Below are positions 16,804 through 26,817 of a DNA stretch of 64,000 nucleotides, in pieces. The stretch comes from an uncultured Nitrososphaerota archaeon (lineage in GTDB: Archaea; Thermoproteota; Nitrososphaeria; Conexivisphaerales; DTJL01): the NCBI GenBank assembly GCA_963842885.1, contig CAWJIE010000004.1:1-64000 (forward strand). The letters run 5' to 3'. The stretch's first letter is position 1. Each line of letters starts with the position of its first letter. The notes under the pieces were generated by a model. It worked only from the letters and a program-made list of their open reading frames with translations, ran no database searches and had not been told where the DNA came from. The position numbers and the translations under genes are program-made.

Positions 16804-17009
16804 CTCCACGCGATGAGGATGGCCAGGGATATCAGGGACGTCGCCAGGCCCACTATGGCCGCGTTGGCCAGCTGCTTGTCGCCGAATAGCGTGTAGAGGG
16901 CATTCATTATTCCCTGGAAGATGTTGGTCTTCTCCATCAGCAAGTAGCCGAGGAATCCGATGGCGTACCCCAGAATCCAAAAGCCGAATAATATGGTCGT
17001 TCTTCCCAT
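16776..17009 (-). CDS. Small two-TM membrane protein
   Basis: 77-aa ORF with two hydrophobic helices and coding-like composition. Confidence 0.6.
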   Translation of the reverse strand: MGRTTILFGFWILGYAIGFLGYLLMEKTNIFQGIMNALYTLFGDKQLANAAIVGLATSLISLAILIAWSYTQKSWSP

Positions 17010-17103
17010 GATCTCTTCGCCTCGATGGGCTTAGTTTCAGCTGTGCGTATTTAGCGTCCACAGAGCAAAAACAGTTGATTTCTCGGTCAAAGGCTGTGCC
17101 GAG

Positions 17104-18129
17104 CTATATCCAGGAGGGGAGCGTCGTATCGTTCATCGTGATGAACGAAACGGCGGTGCCCCAGCCCGTCCGCACGACCACTTCGTAGGTCGCGTTGTAG
17201 GCCAGCGGGAGGTCCGATACGAAGCTGATGGTATCGGACGAGGCGCCATAGGAAACGGTGGCGTTCTCCGCGTAGCCGTTCAGGGTCGTCGAGAGTCCGA
17301 GGAGGTTGGACGGAAGCAGGGTGGACTTGCTTAGCGAGACGGTGACCGTCGAAGGCACCACGTTGTAAAGGGCCACGTTGTCCAAGTGCGCGTCGGCGTC
17401 GTCGACGGCGATCCTGAACCCCACAATGTAAACGTCTTCACCCGGAGTGTAGAGGGTGCCCGAGTTGGCCATAAGGTACGCCTCGATTTCGCTCTCGACC
17501 CTGGGGGTCCCCAGCTGCAGCTCGTAGGTGGTCCAGGAGCCCGTTTCCCTGACGCCTCGCAGCATTATGATCCCCGCGGAGGCGCTGACGTTGTCGAAGG
17601 TGGAGTCCGTATACAGGGAGTAGTTGCCCAGCACCATCGTCAGCGGGAAGGTGGCGTTCGCAGGGGGGTACCACAGGAAGAGGCTTATCCACACGGAGCC
17701 TGCACCCGAAGAGGTGGCGCTGCCCTTGTACAACAGGTCAAAGCCGAACGCGATAGAGGAGTTTATCAGAAGAGGAAGGACCTGGGCGCTGCTGTCGTTG
17801 TAGAACACGTAGACACTCTGCCCGGGGTCGTGAATGTAGAGCGACCGGCTTCCCGATGCCGCGCCCCCGCTTGTGATGTTGGCGACGCCCGGGCCTGTCC
17901 CAACGATTGCCCAAGTGTTGTCATTCAGCTCGAAGCCTCCGTTGGGCGTGACGGGCACGAACGTGTTCAGCGAAAAAGTGGCCCTATTGATGACGAACGG
18001 AGAAGCGAGCGGCGCCCCAAACAGGGCGAGGACCAAGACGCTCACGACCAGCAGCAGCACGAGGAGGAGCCTGAATCTCCTCTTACTCATCCCGGGCTTC
18101 GGCAGGGGGACCTCGGACATCAAAGGCAA
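17104..18129 (-). CDS. Membrane-anchored secreted protein with CBM-like beta-sandwich
   Basis: KRRFR plus hydrophobic helix; PNGGFE...W...SGSRSLYI motif; many N-x-S/T sequons. Confidence 0.65.
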   Translation of the reverse strand: MPLMSEVPLPKPGMSKRRFRLLLVLLLVVSVLVLALFGAPLASPFVINRATFSLNTFVPVTPNGGFELNDNTWAIVGTGPGVANITSGGAASGSRSLYIHDPGQSVYVFYNDSSAQVLPLLINSSIAFGFDLLYKGSATSSGAGSVWISLFLWYPPANATFPLTMVLGNYSLYTDSTFDNVSASAGIIMLRGVRETGSWTTYELQLGTPRVESEIEAYLMANSGTLYTPGEDVYIVGFRIAVDDADAHLDNVALYNVVPSTVTVSLSKSTLLPSNLLGLSTTLNGYAENATVSYGASSDTISFVSDLPLAYNATYEVVVRTGWGTAVSFITMNDTTLPSWI

Positions 18130-18297
18130 GGGAAAGCCGATGTCATTAAAACTTATCGAATCCCGGAGGGCGGTAGAGAAACGGCTTCACGCTGCCCCTC
18201 CGTCCGATGTGAGCGCATCTCTCGATGGACCACTCACCGTAGGGAAGGAGAAATGAGAAATAAAGGGGTAAGGAAGGAGTAGCTTACTTCTTCCTGA

Positions 18298-21200
18298 TTA
18301 ATACGATGATTTCGTCTCATCCTGCGGCCCGGCGGTCCCAGCCAAGCTATCTCCTTGCCCAGGAGTCGACTGCTGCTGAGTCGCCGCGACCGGAGCTTTC
18401 CCCTTCCTCGACAGGGCCATTATCGCTATCAGGAGAGAGATGACCGCCAGCGCCGCCACGCCGTAGAGCTCGTAGGAGAGGTTGGTGGCGTTGCTGTTGG
18501 CCGTCCCCAGCTGCTGGTTCAGGGAGCCAATGTTGCTGTTGGCCGTCCCCAGCTGCTGGTTCAGGGAAGCTATGGTGCTGTTGGCCGCGGCCAGGTGGTT
18601 GTCGGTGCTGAAGTATGAGTAGGCGGTGGCGCTCATGCCATCGGCCTGCTCTGCGACCACCTCCAGGGTGTGCTCGCCGTCGGGGATGGAGGTCGTGTTC
18701 AGCTGATACGTGTAGGGGGATGAAGAGCCAGGTGAGAAGCTATTGAGCAGGCTGCCGTCCAGGTAGAACAGGACGGACGAAATCGCCTGCCCGCTGACGT
18801 TGGCGCTGATGCCCAGGGTCCCTTCGTAGTTCTGCCCGCTTACGGGGTCCTGCACCTGGATGGAGGGTAGCGCCGGGGAGAGCTGCTCCACCGTGGAGCT
18901 GTTGAGGGAGACTTGAGAGTTGGTGAGCGATAGGGAGGATATGTCCGACTGGACGAGGGTGATCACGCTGTTCTGGGCTATTATGTTCCCTCCGTAGACT
19001 CCCACCAAAGTCAGATTGGTGTTGACGGCATCGATAGTGCCTACGATGCTAGACGAGGATATCGTGACGCTTCCTCCCTGGATGGTGTTGTTGTCCAGGA
19101 AGACGTCCCCGGAGAGCTGCATCGACGAAGTGATGCTGGTGTTGCTGAGGGCTAGACCGAACGTCTGCTGCACCGAAGAGAGGTTCTGGTTGGCCGTGTA
19201 GACGTAAGGATCCACGAAGAAGTTCTGCTGCGCGGACAGCTGCGACGTCGTGGGGGTGCCGTCGAAGGAGAGGCCCGTGACGTAGACCTCATAGGGGCCG
19301 GCGTAGTAGAAGGAGTTGTCGTTGACGCCGCTAAGCGACGCGGAGTCGTAGGGGGATGGGAGGGTCAGATTGCCCACCCACCTGTTGAGCTGAGGGCTGT
19401 ACTGGAGAGGCGTGAGCTCGAAGTTGGCGTACTCCAAGTGCATGATCTCGGTGAAGGAGAACTGCAGCTCCTGGGGGTAAACGAGGGCCGTGTATTCTCC
19501 GTACTCGACCTCCGTGCCGTTGGCGTATGAGATGTTGGCTATGACCTGCGCCGTCTGTCCCTCGTAGAGGGTGGAAGACGAAAACGAAATCGTCGGGGTT
19601 ATGGCTCCTCCCGAGACGAGGACCTGGCTGTAGAAGGAGCCGTAGAGCGGTTCGCCCACTGTAGTGGAGTTATAGCTGGCTTCCAGGATGATGGTGTAGA
19701 GGCCGGGGAGGGCGTTGGCGGGGACGGTCAGGTAGCCGTTGATGTTTGTCGCGCCGGAGTTGCATATGCGCAGCGCTTCGCTGCAGGCCTGAAGGTCCAG
19801 CGAGGCGGTGGCCACGGCCACGCCGGACGGGTTAAGAAGGGTCGCGGTCACGTTGGAGCCCACGGCGACGTCATCCCCCAGGGTGTTGCCCGTCTCGTAT
19901 GACGGCAGATCGGCTAGGTTCAGCGGCGCCTCCGGGTTCGCCTGTATGAAGAGGGACTGGCCGGGGGCGACCGACCCCGGCTCGGCCGCCACCTGGGTGT
20001 AGATGTAGCTGGACTGGAGGTAGATGCCGTTCACCATCGGAAGGTAGCCGTAGGAGCTTCCCAAAAGGACCAAGGCCAGTGGCCCGTACGGATAGGTGCC
20101 GGACAGGAAGCCCGTGTTCACGCCCGTCGTGGTGTTTCCTTGGAGCGTCTCCGTGGAGGCCGTCGTGTAGAGGTTCGTGGTGATGGAGATGAACTGACGT
20201 TCATCTGGATCGGCTGGGTCGGGGCGGGGTTGCCGAGCAGGTCGGTGGAGACGACGTCCACCTCAAGGGGAACAAGGGTGCTCCAGGGCTCGTTGGGGAA
20301 GGGGTCGATGAAGGAGGCGAGGTAGCCGGCGAAGATTGTGGTGATGCCAGTCCCCGAGACGCCGGCCGAGGTCCCGTTAACGGAGATGTACGCGAATCCT
20401 GACTGGTTCCCCTCGGTCATGGTCCCCTCCCACAGCCCCGACGTCGCGTCGAAGCTCAAAGGCGTAACCAAGGACGTTCCGGCCAAAGTCACCAGGCTGG
20501 CCGTGAAACTCCCGGAGACGACTGTAGAGGAACCCTCATCGATTTCGGCGACCACGGTCATGCTCTGACCTGGGGTGACCTCGTACAACTCATTGCCGCT
20601 TGAGTCGAGAGCGGCGACGAGGATGGAAAGGCTCGGCTGGCTGCTATACGAATCGTAGAGGGCGGCCAGCGCCCCGATGTTGGGGGCTCCCCATCCGGTC
20701 GCCAGGTTGTAGCCGTAGGAGGAGGTCCATGGGACAATGTATCCCGTCGTGATTGGCGTGTAGGCACTGGCGTAGGCGCTTGAGTTGTCCCCGACGCTGT
20801 ACAGGAACGGGTTGATGAGCCCGAGGGGTCCGCCCGCGGACTGGGCGACTAGGGTGAGAAGACCAGAGAGGAGCTGGACAGACTCGGAGGTGCCTCCCGA
20901 TGTTGTCACGGAGCCGGAGTCCACGATATAGGTCCCCGGGTCGCCCCCGGCCTGCAAGGAGAGGTCCGGGTTGAGCCGGCCGTTGGGGAACGAAGCCGGC
21001 ACCTGCTGGCTCTGCTGGTACCAAGGCAAGGGCTCGAGGATGCTGACGCCGCCGCCACCGCCCCCGTAGTTGGCGCTGTTGGGGACGAAGCCTGTGTTGG
21101 ACCAGGCCGTCTGCGCGAAGGTACTGCCCCCGCCCTGGGCCGCGGAGACGTAGGTCTGCGTCCCGCCCACGGCGGTCACGAAAGGCGAGGTCGCCGGGTA

Positions 21201-22346
21201 TTCGGGCGTCCCCTCCGGCCCCGAACTGAAGCCGGAACCTCCTCCGTCTCCGGTCGAAGCCAGGAACGTGATCCCTTCGAGGGAGCCGAGGGCGTAGTAC
21301 TGGTCGGGGATGAGGGCCTTAAGGGCCACGAATGCCGGGCCGCCGAAGTAGTAGGACATGGAAAAGTACCATTCGGGCGTGCCGAAGCTTTGGGTGAGGG
21401 TGGTGACGGTGCCGTCCTGCACGATGACCGCGAGGGCATCGGCGAGGGTGAGGGCCCCGTTGGCCACGTAGAGCTGCACGGCGGCTCCGGGCGCCATTGC
21501 GTGCGAGGTCTCGACGTCTAAGGAGATCTCCGTGCTCCAGCCCACGCTGGCGCCAAGGTTCGGCGCGTAGGGGCCGATGGGCGTGATCGTGAACGTAGGG
21601 TTGGGGAAGCCGAAGAGCTGGTCGAAGTACTGGAGGTCGCTGGAGATGGTGGGGGACCCGTAGAAGTCGAGTATCCCAATGGTCTGACCCCTGCCGTTGA
21701 AGCCGCTGGAGTAGAGCGAAGTCGCGTTGTATACGGCCTGAAGGTCCTTGGCGGAAATCCCTCCTTCGGTGAATGTGACTCCCGAAGGAGACGAAGCCGA
21801 AGCGACACGGCAGGAAGAGAGTAGATGAACGTGGCGTTAGACGCATACAGGTAGGCCCCTTGGAACATGGTGGGGCCTGCGGTAACGTAGTAGGACGACG
21901 TGCCGTTGCTGTAAACGTCCACGCTTGCGCCGAAGGCGTTATGAATCTGCGCCGCCGTCCCCTGCGCGACTATTACCGAGTCAAGGCCCGTCATCAAGAC
22001 GTCGAGGCCGCTTCCCTCGACATATTGAAGGAGAGAGTTGAAGGCGGCGGTGGGAAGGAATTCGTTCGCGATCTGCTGCGCGGTCAAGAAGTGCCTGAAC
22101 TGCGGAGACGAAGGGTCCGAAACCTGCTTGGCGAGGGAATCTAGGAGCCCCGTGTTCCGCAGCGGGATGGCCAAGCTCACTAGGACGGGCATGTCCTGGG
22201 GCGCTTGCATGAGAAAACTATAGCCGGTGTACGGGACCGGCGCTGTGATGGGCGCCGATGATGCCCACGTGACCGTAGCAGCGGCTGTGAAGACGAACGA
22301 AGAAAGCAGAAGGGCGGAGACGACTACGGAGGCGAAGGACGCGCAT
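18298..22346 (-). CDS. Large cell-surface S53 (sedolisin/kumamolisin) serine peptidase with pro-domain, Ig-like domains, coiled-coil stalk and C-terminal TM; frameshifted
   Basis: Signal peptide; pro-domain VSDPSSPQFRHFLT; EISLDVE (Glu/Asp), STGDGG (oxyanion Asp), GGTS (Ser), YNLATGWG; IPDGEHTLEV; C-terminal TM. Confidence 0.88.
18490..18587. repeat. 42-bp tandem repeat encoding a 14-aa coiled-coil unit
   Basis: GTTGCTGTTGGCCGTCCCCAGCTGCTGGTTCAGGGA at 18490 and 18532, plus a partial third copy; peptide ANSxIxSLNQQLGT. Confidence 0.85.
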
Positions 22347-22843
22347 GGCAGAGGGCGCGCTACCGAATCTTGTTGATTTCAAACGAAGAGGAGGTTCCGT
22401 TGCACAATATATGTATTATGAGAGAAACGAAAAACAACCAGGCGCGGTGAGGGATTCGTTAAGAATGCGAGTGGTAACATGCTTATCATTGGATGACAGG
22501 CGGCCCTTGGACGAAGATCCAAAAGACCAATCGCACGACGAAACGTTCGAAGAGCTGAACGGGGGACCCCTGCCGTTCATGGACAATGGACTATATCCAC
22601 TGGTTCCCTTGCACGCCACGGTGTCGAGCGGGAAGAGGAGCGCATTCCTATCTCGCCTGCTGGCCGTCGTGCTGACAGTCGGATCGATCGGCGTCTCACC
22701 CCTGGCCGATGTCCTTCACCTAGGCCGCCGAAGGGAGCTCTCCCCCTGCACAGATGATTTATTAGGCATTCCTTCGACTTTGATAATAGAAATCACATTT
22801 ATAAGGAGGCTTTCTTAATCGTAAAGGTGGAGCGGAAACCTTA

Positions 22844-23304
22844 GTGAACAAATTCGACGAGATCGACATGAAGATACTGAGAGAGCTGGTGATAGACGCC
22901 GGGCAGTCGGTTCCGAAGCTCAGCAAGAAGATCCAGGTCAATCCTTCTGTGACGTACAGCCGAATCAAGCGGCTGTCGAAGAAGGGCCTGATCAAGAATT
23001 TCACCGTCGAGGTCAACGAAGACCTCCTCGGCTGGAAGGTCCTGGCATACGTCGGTGTCAACTCGGACGCCAAGGAGACGGGACTCCGTCCTGAAGGCAG
23101 CTCCTGGACGAAGATGAGGTGCGCGAGGTCGCCGAAGTGACGGGCAGGTTCGACTTTCTGGTGACGATAAAGTCCAGGAGCCTCGAGGAGCTTCATAACG
23201 TCGTCTCCAGCAAGATGGGCAACATCACCGGAGTTCAGCATACGGAGACCTTCATCGCGATGAGGACTGGCGTCAAGCCGCCGTCTTACGCTTCTCCCGA
23301 CTAG
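22844..23304 (+). CDS. Lrp/AsnC-family transcriptional regulator, frameshifted ~23080
   Basis: DEIDMKILREL...SVTYSRIKRL..KGLIKNF (HTH); EVTGRFDFLV...GVQHTET (RAM domain). Confidence 0.88.
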
Positions 23305-24549
23305 AGCAGCACCCTTTCCAGCTCTTCCACGGTCGGCTCGATGATGGGCACCGGGCCCACGAGTTTTCTTAGCGCTTCCACGTCCTTCAGGCCCGAGCCT
23401 GTCACGAGGACCACCACCGAATCGTCCCCGTCCGATAGCCCCCGCTGCCCGCAGCTTCCGCGCGCCGGCCAGGGCGGCAGCGCCGCTCGGTTCTGCGAAG
23501 ACGCCTTCGTACTTCGCCAGGTCTCTGACGGCCTCCAGTATCTCCTGATCGGTCACCGTCTCGCCCAGCCCTCTGGTCTTCGCGACTCCCTCCATCGTGC
23601 AGTCGGCGTCCCAAGGGTAGGGGTCCTCCAGGCCCGATGCGATCGTAGAGGGATGCGGCTCGGCTTCGACCTTTGGGGCGGGGATGCCATCCTTGAGGGC
23701 CCTCACCAGGGCCGAGTTCCCGGCGGGCTGCACGGGGACGAGCCTGGGGTACTCCTCGGCCAGACCCGTCTCTCTCGAGGTCCCTCAGCCCCTTCCAGAG
23801 CCCGGCCGCGAGGCAGCTGGACCCGGTGGGGGCCAGGAGCCAGTCGTAGCCCTTCCAGCCGAAGACCTTCGGCCAGCTCGAAAGAAATGGTCTTCGGGCC
23901 CTCCACCTGGTAGGGGTTGAAGGGCCCGAAGCTGGGCGACGGGTACCAGCCCCTCCGGCGGACGGCCTCCCGCATCATCGTGACCGTAGGGTCCTCGCCG
24001 CGTTCGATGCCCCTGCACCTTGATGACCTTGGCGCCGAAGAGCACCAGCTGGGCCACCTTGGCGTCGCTGGCCGAGTCCAGGACGAAAGCCACAACCTCA
24101 GGCCCGCCCTCGCGGCGTAGGCCGAGAGGGCCGCGGCGGCGTTCCCGCTGCTGGCCGTCGTCACGATCTTCGACCTTCTTCTCCACGGCCTTGGCCACGC
24201 TGACGGCCATGGCCCTGTCCTTGAAGGAGCCCGTGGGGTTCCTCGTTTCGTCCTTCAGGTAGAGGTTCCGTGATGCCGATGAGTTCCCCCAGGCGATGGG
24301 CCCTCGAGGAGGGGGGTGCCCCCTTCGCCCAAGCCGAGCCGCGAACTTCTCTTCGGCAGGCAGGAGCTCGGCCCAGCGCCAGACGTCCCTGGGCCTCGCG
24401 GCGAGAGAGTCCTTCGTGAGGGTCTCCTTCACCTTCTCGTAGTCGTAGGAGATGTCCAGCCTCCCCAGGTCGTCCTTCTCGCACATCACCGGCATCGAAA
24501 GAGGGTCATAGCGCGCGCCGCACCTGGAGCAGCTCATGCCATGTAACAA
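23301..24549 (-). CDS. Threonine synthase-like PLP fold-type II enzyme, frameshifted
   Basis: N-terminal CxxC; LKDETRNPTGSFKDR (PLP Lys), ASSGNAAA, EGPKTI, TIASGL, EPSGAA, VTGSGLKD. Confidence 0.85.
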
Positions 24550-24656
24550 GGCTCAAGTCGCTTGTCGGTATCGACTCGAATCGCGGCACTAATTACCTTT
24601 GCATGACAGCGCCGATGGGCCCTGAGGGAGGCACACAAGGATTCCGCTCCCCGAGC

Positions 24657-24695
24657 AATCGTTAAATCGATGGCGAATCGCAACGATTTCGATTC
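24657..24695 (+). promoter_or_regulatory. TATA-like box with overlapping AATCG/CGATT palindromes before the carbamoyltransferase
   Basis: TTAAAT 24662-24667; AATCG-CAA-CGATT 24676-24688; GAATCG-N9-CGATTC 24675-24695; further AATCG at 24657 and 24665. Confidence 0.45.
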
Positions 24696-24697
24696 AA

Positions 24698-25721
24698 ATG
24701 AAAACTGTGGAATTGGCAGGGAGGGACCTTCTGTCGACCCAGGACTGGAGCAGGGAGGAGCTCGAGTATTGCATCGACACGGCTTCCCAGATCAAGTCGC
24801 TCTACAAGTCCGGCTGCGTCCCCGAGCTCTTCAAGAACAAGACCATGTTCATGCTCTTCTACAACACGTCCACGAGGACGCGCTCGAGCTTCGAAGCGGC
24901 GGCCACCATGCTGGGCGGCCATGCCCAGTTCATCGACTTCGCCACCACCCGCGGCTCCGAGGGCGAGGCGGTCAAGGACGTAGCCAGGATGTACGAAAGG
25001 CTGGGCCACGTCCTGGGGATCAGGATCCTCGAGAACGCCGTCGACTACCTCTACGGGAAGGGCCACCAGGTGATCCAGGAGTACGCCGACAACTGCGACA
25101 TCCCACCGTGTCGATGGCGGACGACATGTTCCATCCGACCCAGGCCATCGCCGACATGATGACCCTGAAGGAGAGGATGCGCGGGAAGGTCGAGGAGGAA
25201 GAAGTACGTCATCGCCTGGACGTACAGCGACCACGTCCGCAGCTGGGGGAGCGTCCAGGACGAGGCCCTCATCGCTTCGCGCTTCGGCATGGACGTCACG
25301 ATGGCGTACCCTGAGGGATTCGACCTGGACCCCACGATCATGGAGTGGGCCAAGGGGAACGCCGAGGCCAGCGGCAGCGAGTTCAAGGTCTCCCACGACC
25401 TCGACGAGGCGCTGGAAGGGGCCCACGTGGTCTTCCCTAGGAGCTGGGCCAGCCATGAGTGCGTTTCGGTGGGGATGAACAGGTTCGGCAAGGAGAAGGA
25501 GGCCGAGCTCCACGCCAGGTACAAGGGGTGGATACTGGACAAGAGGAGGCTGGACATGATGGACAGGGACGCCCTCGTGACGCACGTCCTCCCCGTCTTC
25601 AGGGGGCAGGAGGCCACCGACGAAGTCATGGACGGGCCTCACAGCGTCATCCTGGACCAGGCCGAGAACCTCCTCTACGTCAGGGCTGCGCTGCTGGCTC
25701 TCCTCTCCGGGAAGCATGTAG
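24698..25721 (+). CDS. YgeW/AOTCase-like ('knotted') carbamoyltransferase, frameshifted
   Basis: STRTR, HPTQ, IAWTYS loop, RFGMDVTMAYPEGFDL, PRSWAS, HVLP (for HCLP), QAEN. Probable true stop TAG 25719-25721. Confidence 0.82.
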
Positions 25722-25733
25722 AGAAAGGGGTCT

Positions 25734-26692
25734 CTACTTCACGACGTGGGTTCCGCTCTTGCCGTCGACGGCGGCCTTGAGCTGGCTGAGCTCGGCGATG
25801 ATGGCTTCGCTGCCGCCGCTCTCGACGAACCTCAGGGCGGCGAGGACCTTGGGGCCCATGCTGCCCGCCTTGAAGTGCCCTTCGTCATAGTACTTCTTCA
25901 TCTCGGCGTAGGTGCACCATCCCCAGCTTCCTCTGCTGGGGCGTGCCGTAGAAGAGGCATGCCGCGTCGACGTCGGTGAGGATCACGAACTTGTCGGCTC
26001 CGATGAGGGAGGCCAGCCTCTGGCCCCCGAGGTCCTTGTCGATGACCGCTTCGACGCCCTTCGCCTCCGTGCCGTCCTCGATGATCGGGATGCCTCCACC
26101 GCCGCTGGCGATTACGACGAACCCGGCGTCGACCAGCGTCCTGATGGCGCGACCTCTCAGCCAGGATCTTGGGGTCGGGCGACGGGACGACCCTCCTCCA
26201 GCCCCTTCCTGCGTCCTCCTTGTAAACGAAGTCGGGATGGAGGGCGGCCAGCTTCTTGGCCTCCTCCTCGCTGTAGAAGGAGCCCACCGGCTTGGTGGGG
26301 TTCTTGAAGGCCTTGTCCTCCTTGTCCACCAGCATCCTGGTGATGAGGGTGACGGCGTACTTGTCGATGCCCCTCTTCTTGAGCTCGTTCCTGAGGCCCT
26401 GCTGGATCATGTAACCGATGAAGCCCTGGGTCTCCGCCCCGCAGGCGTCCATGGGGAAGGGCGGCAGGCCGTGGACCTTGAAACCAGCGTCATGGCGCAG
26501 GAGGTCGTCCCCCACCTGGGGGCCGTTGCCATGCGTGATGACGACCTTGTAACCCGCCTGTATCAGGTCGGAGATCGGCACGGCGGAGCTCTTGACGTTC
26601 TCGTATTGGGCGGCGAAGGAGCGTTCCTGCCCACGCTGCAGGAGCGCGTTTCCGCCGAGCGCGATGACGACTATTCCCTTCTCATCGGACAA
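25734..26692 (-). CDS. arcC: Carbamate kinase, frameshifted
   Basis: [65 protein letters not shown]. Confidence 0.92.
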
Positions 26693-26817
26693 ATCCCCTA
26701 AGACCTCGGCTGAATCCCTTTCAAGGCAGGAATATAAGTCTTGGGCGGAAGAGAGGGACCGGAGCTTCACGCTGGGAAGAGGCGATGAAAAAGGACGCGT
26801 CAGTCCCCCTCATCTTC

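Noticed and set aside
15946-17061. 371-aa ORF spanning the bacterial/archaeal join
   Set aside because: Its N-terminal half is off-frame or antisense archaeal sequence; the open frame is fortuitous.
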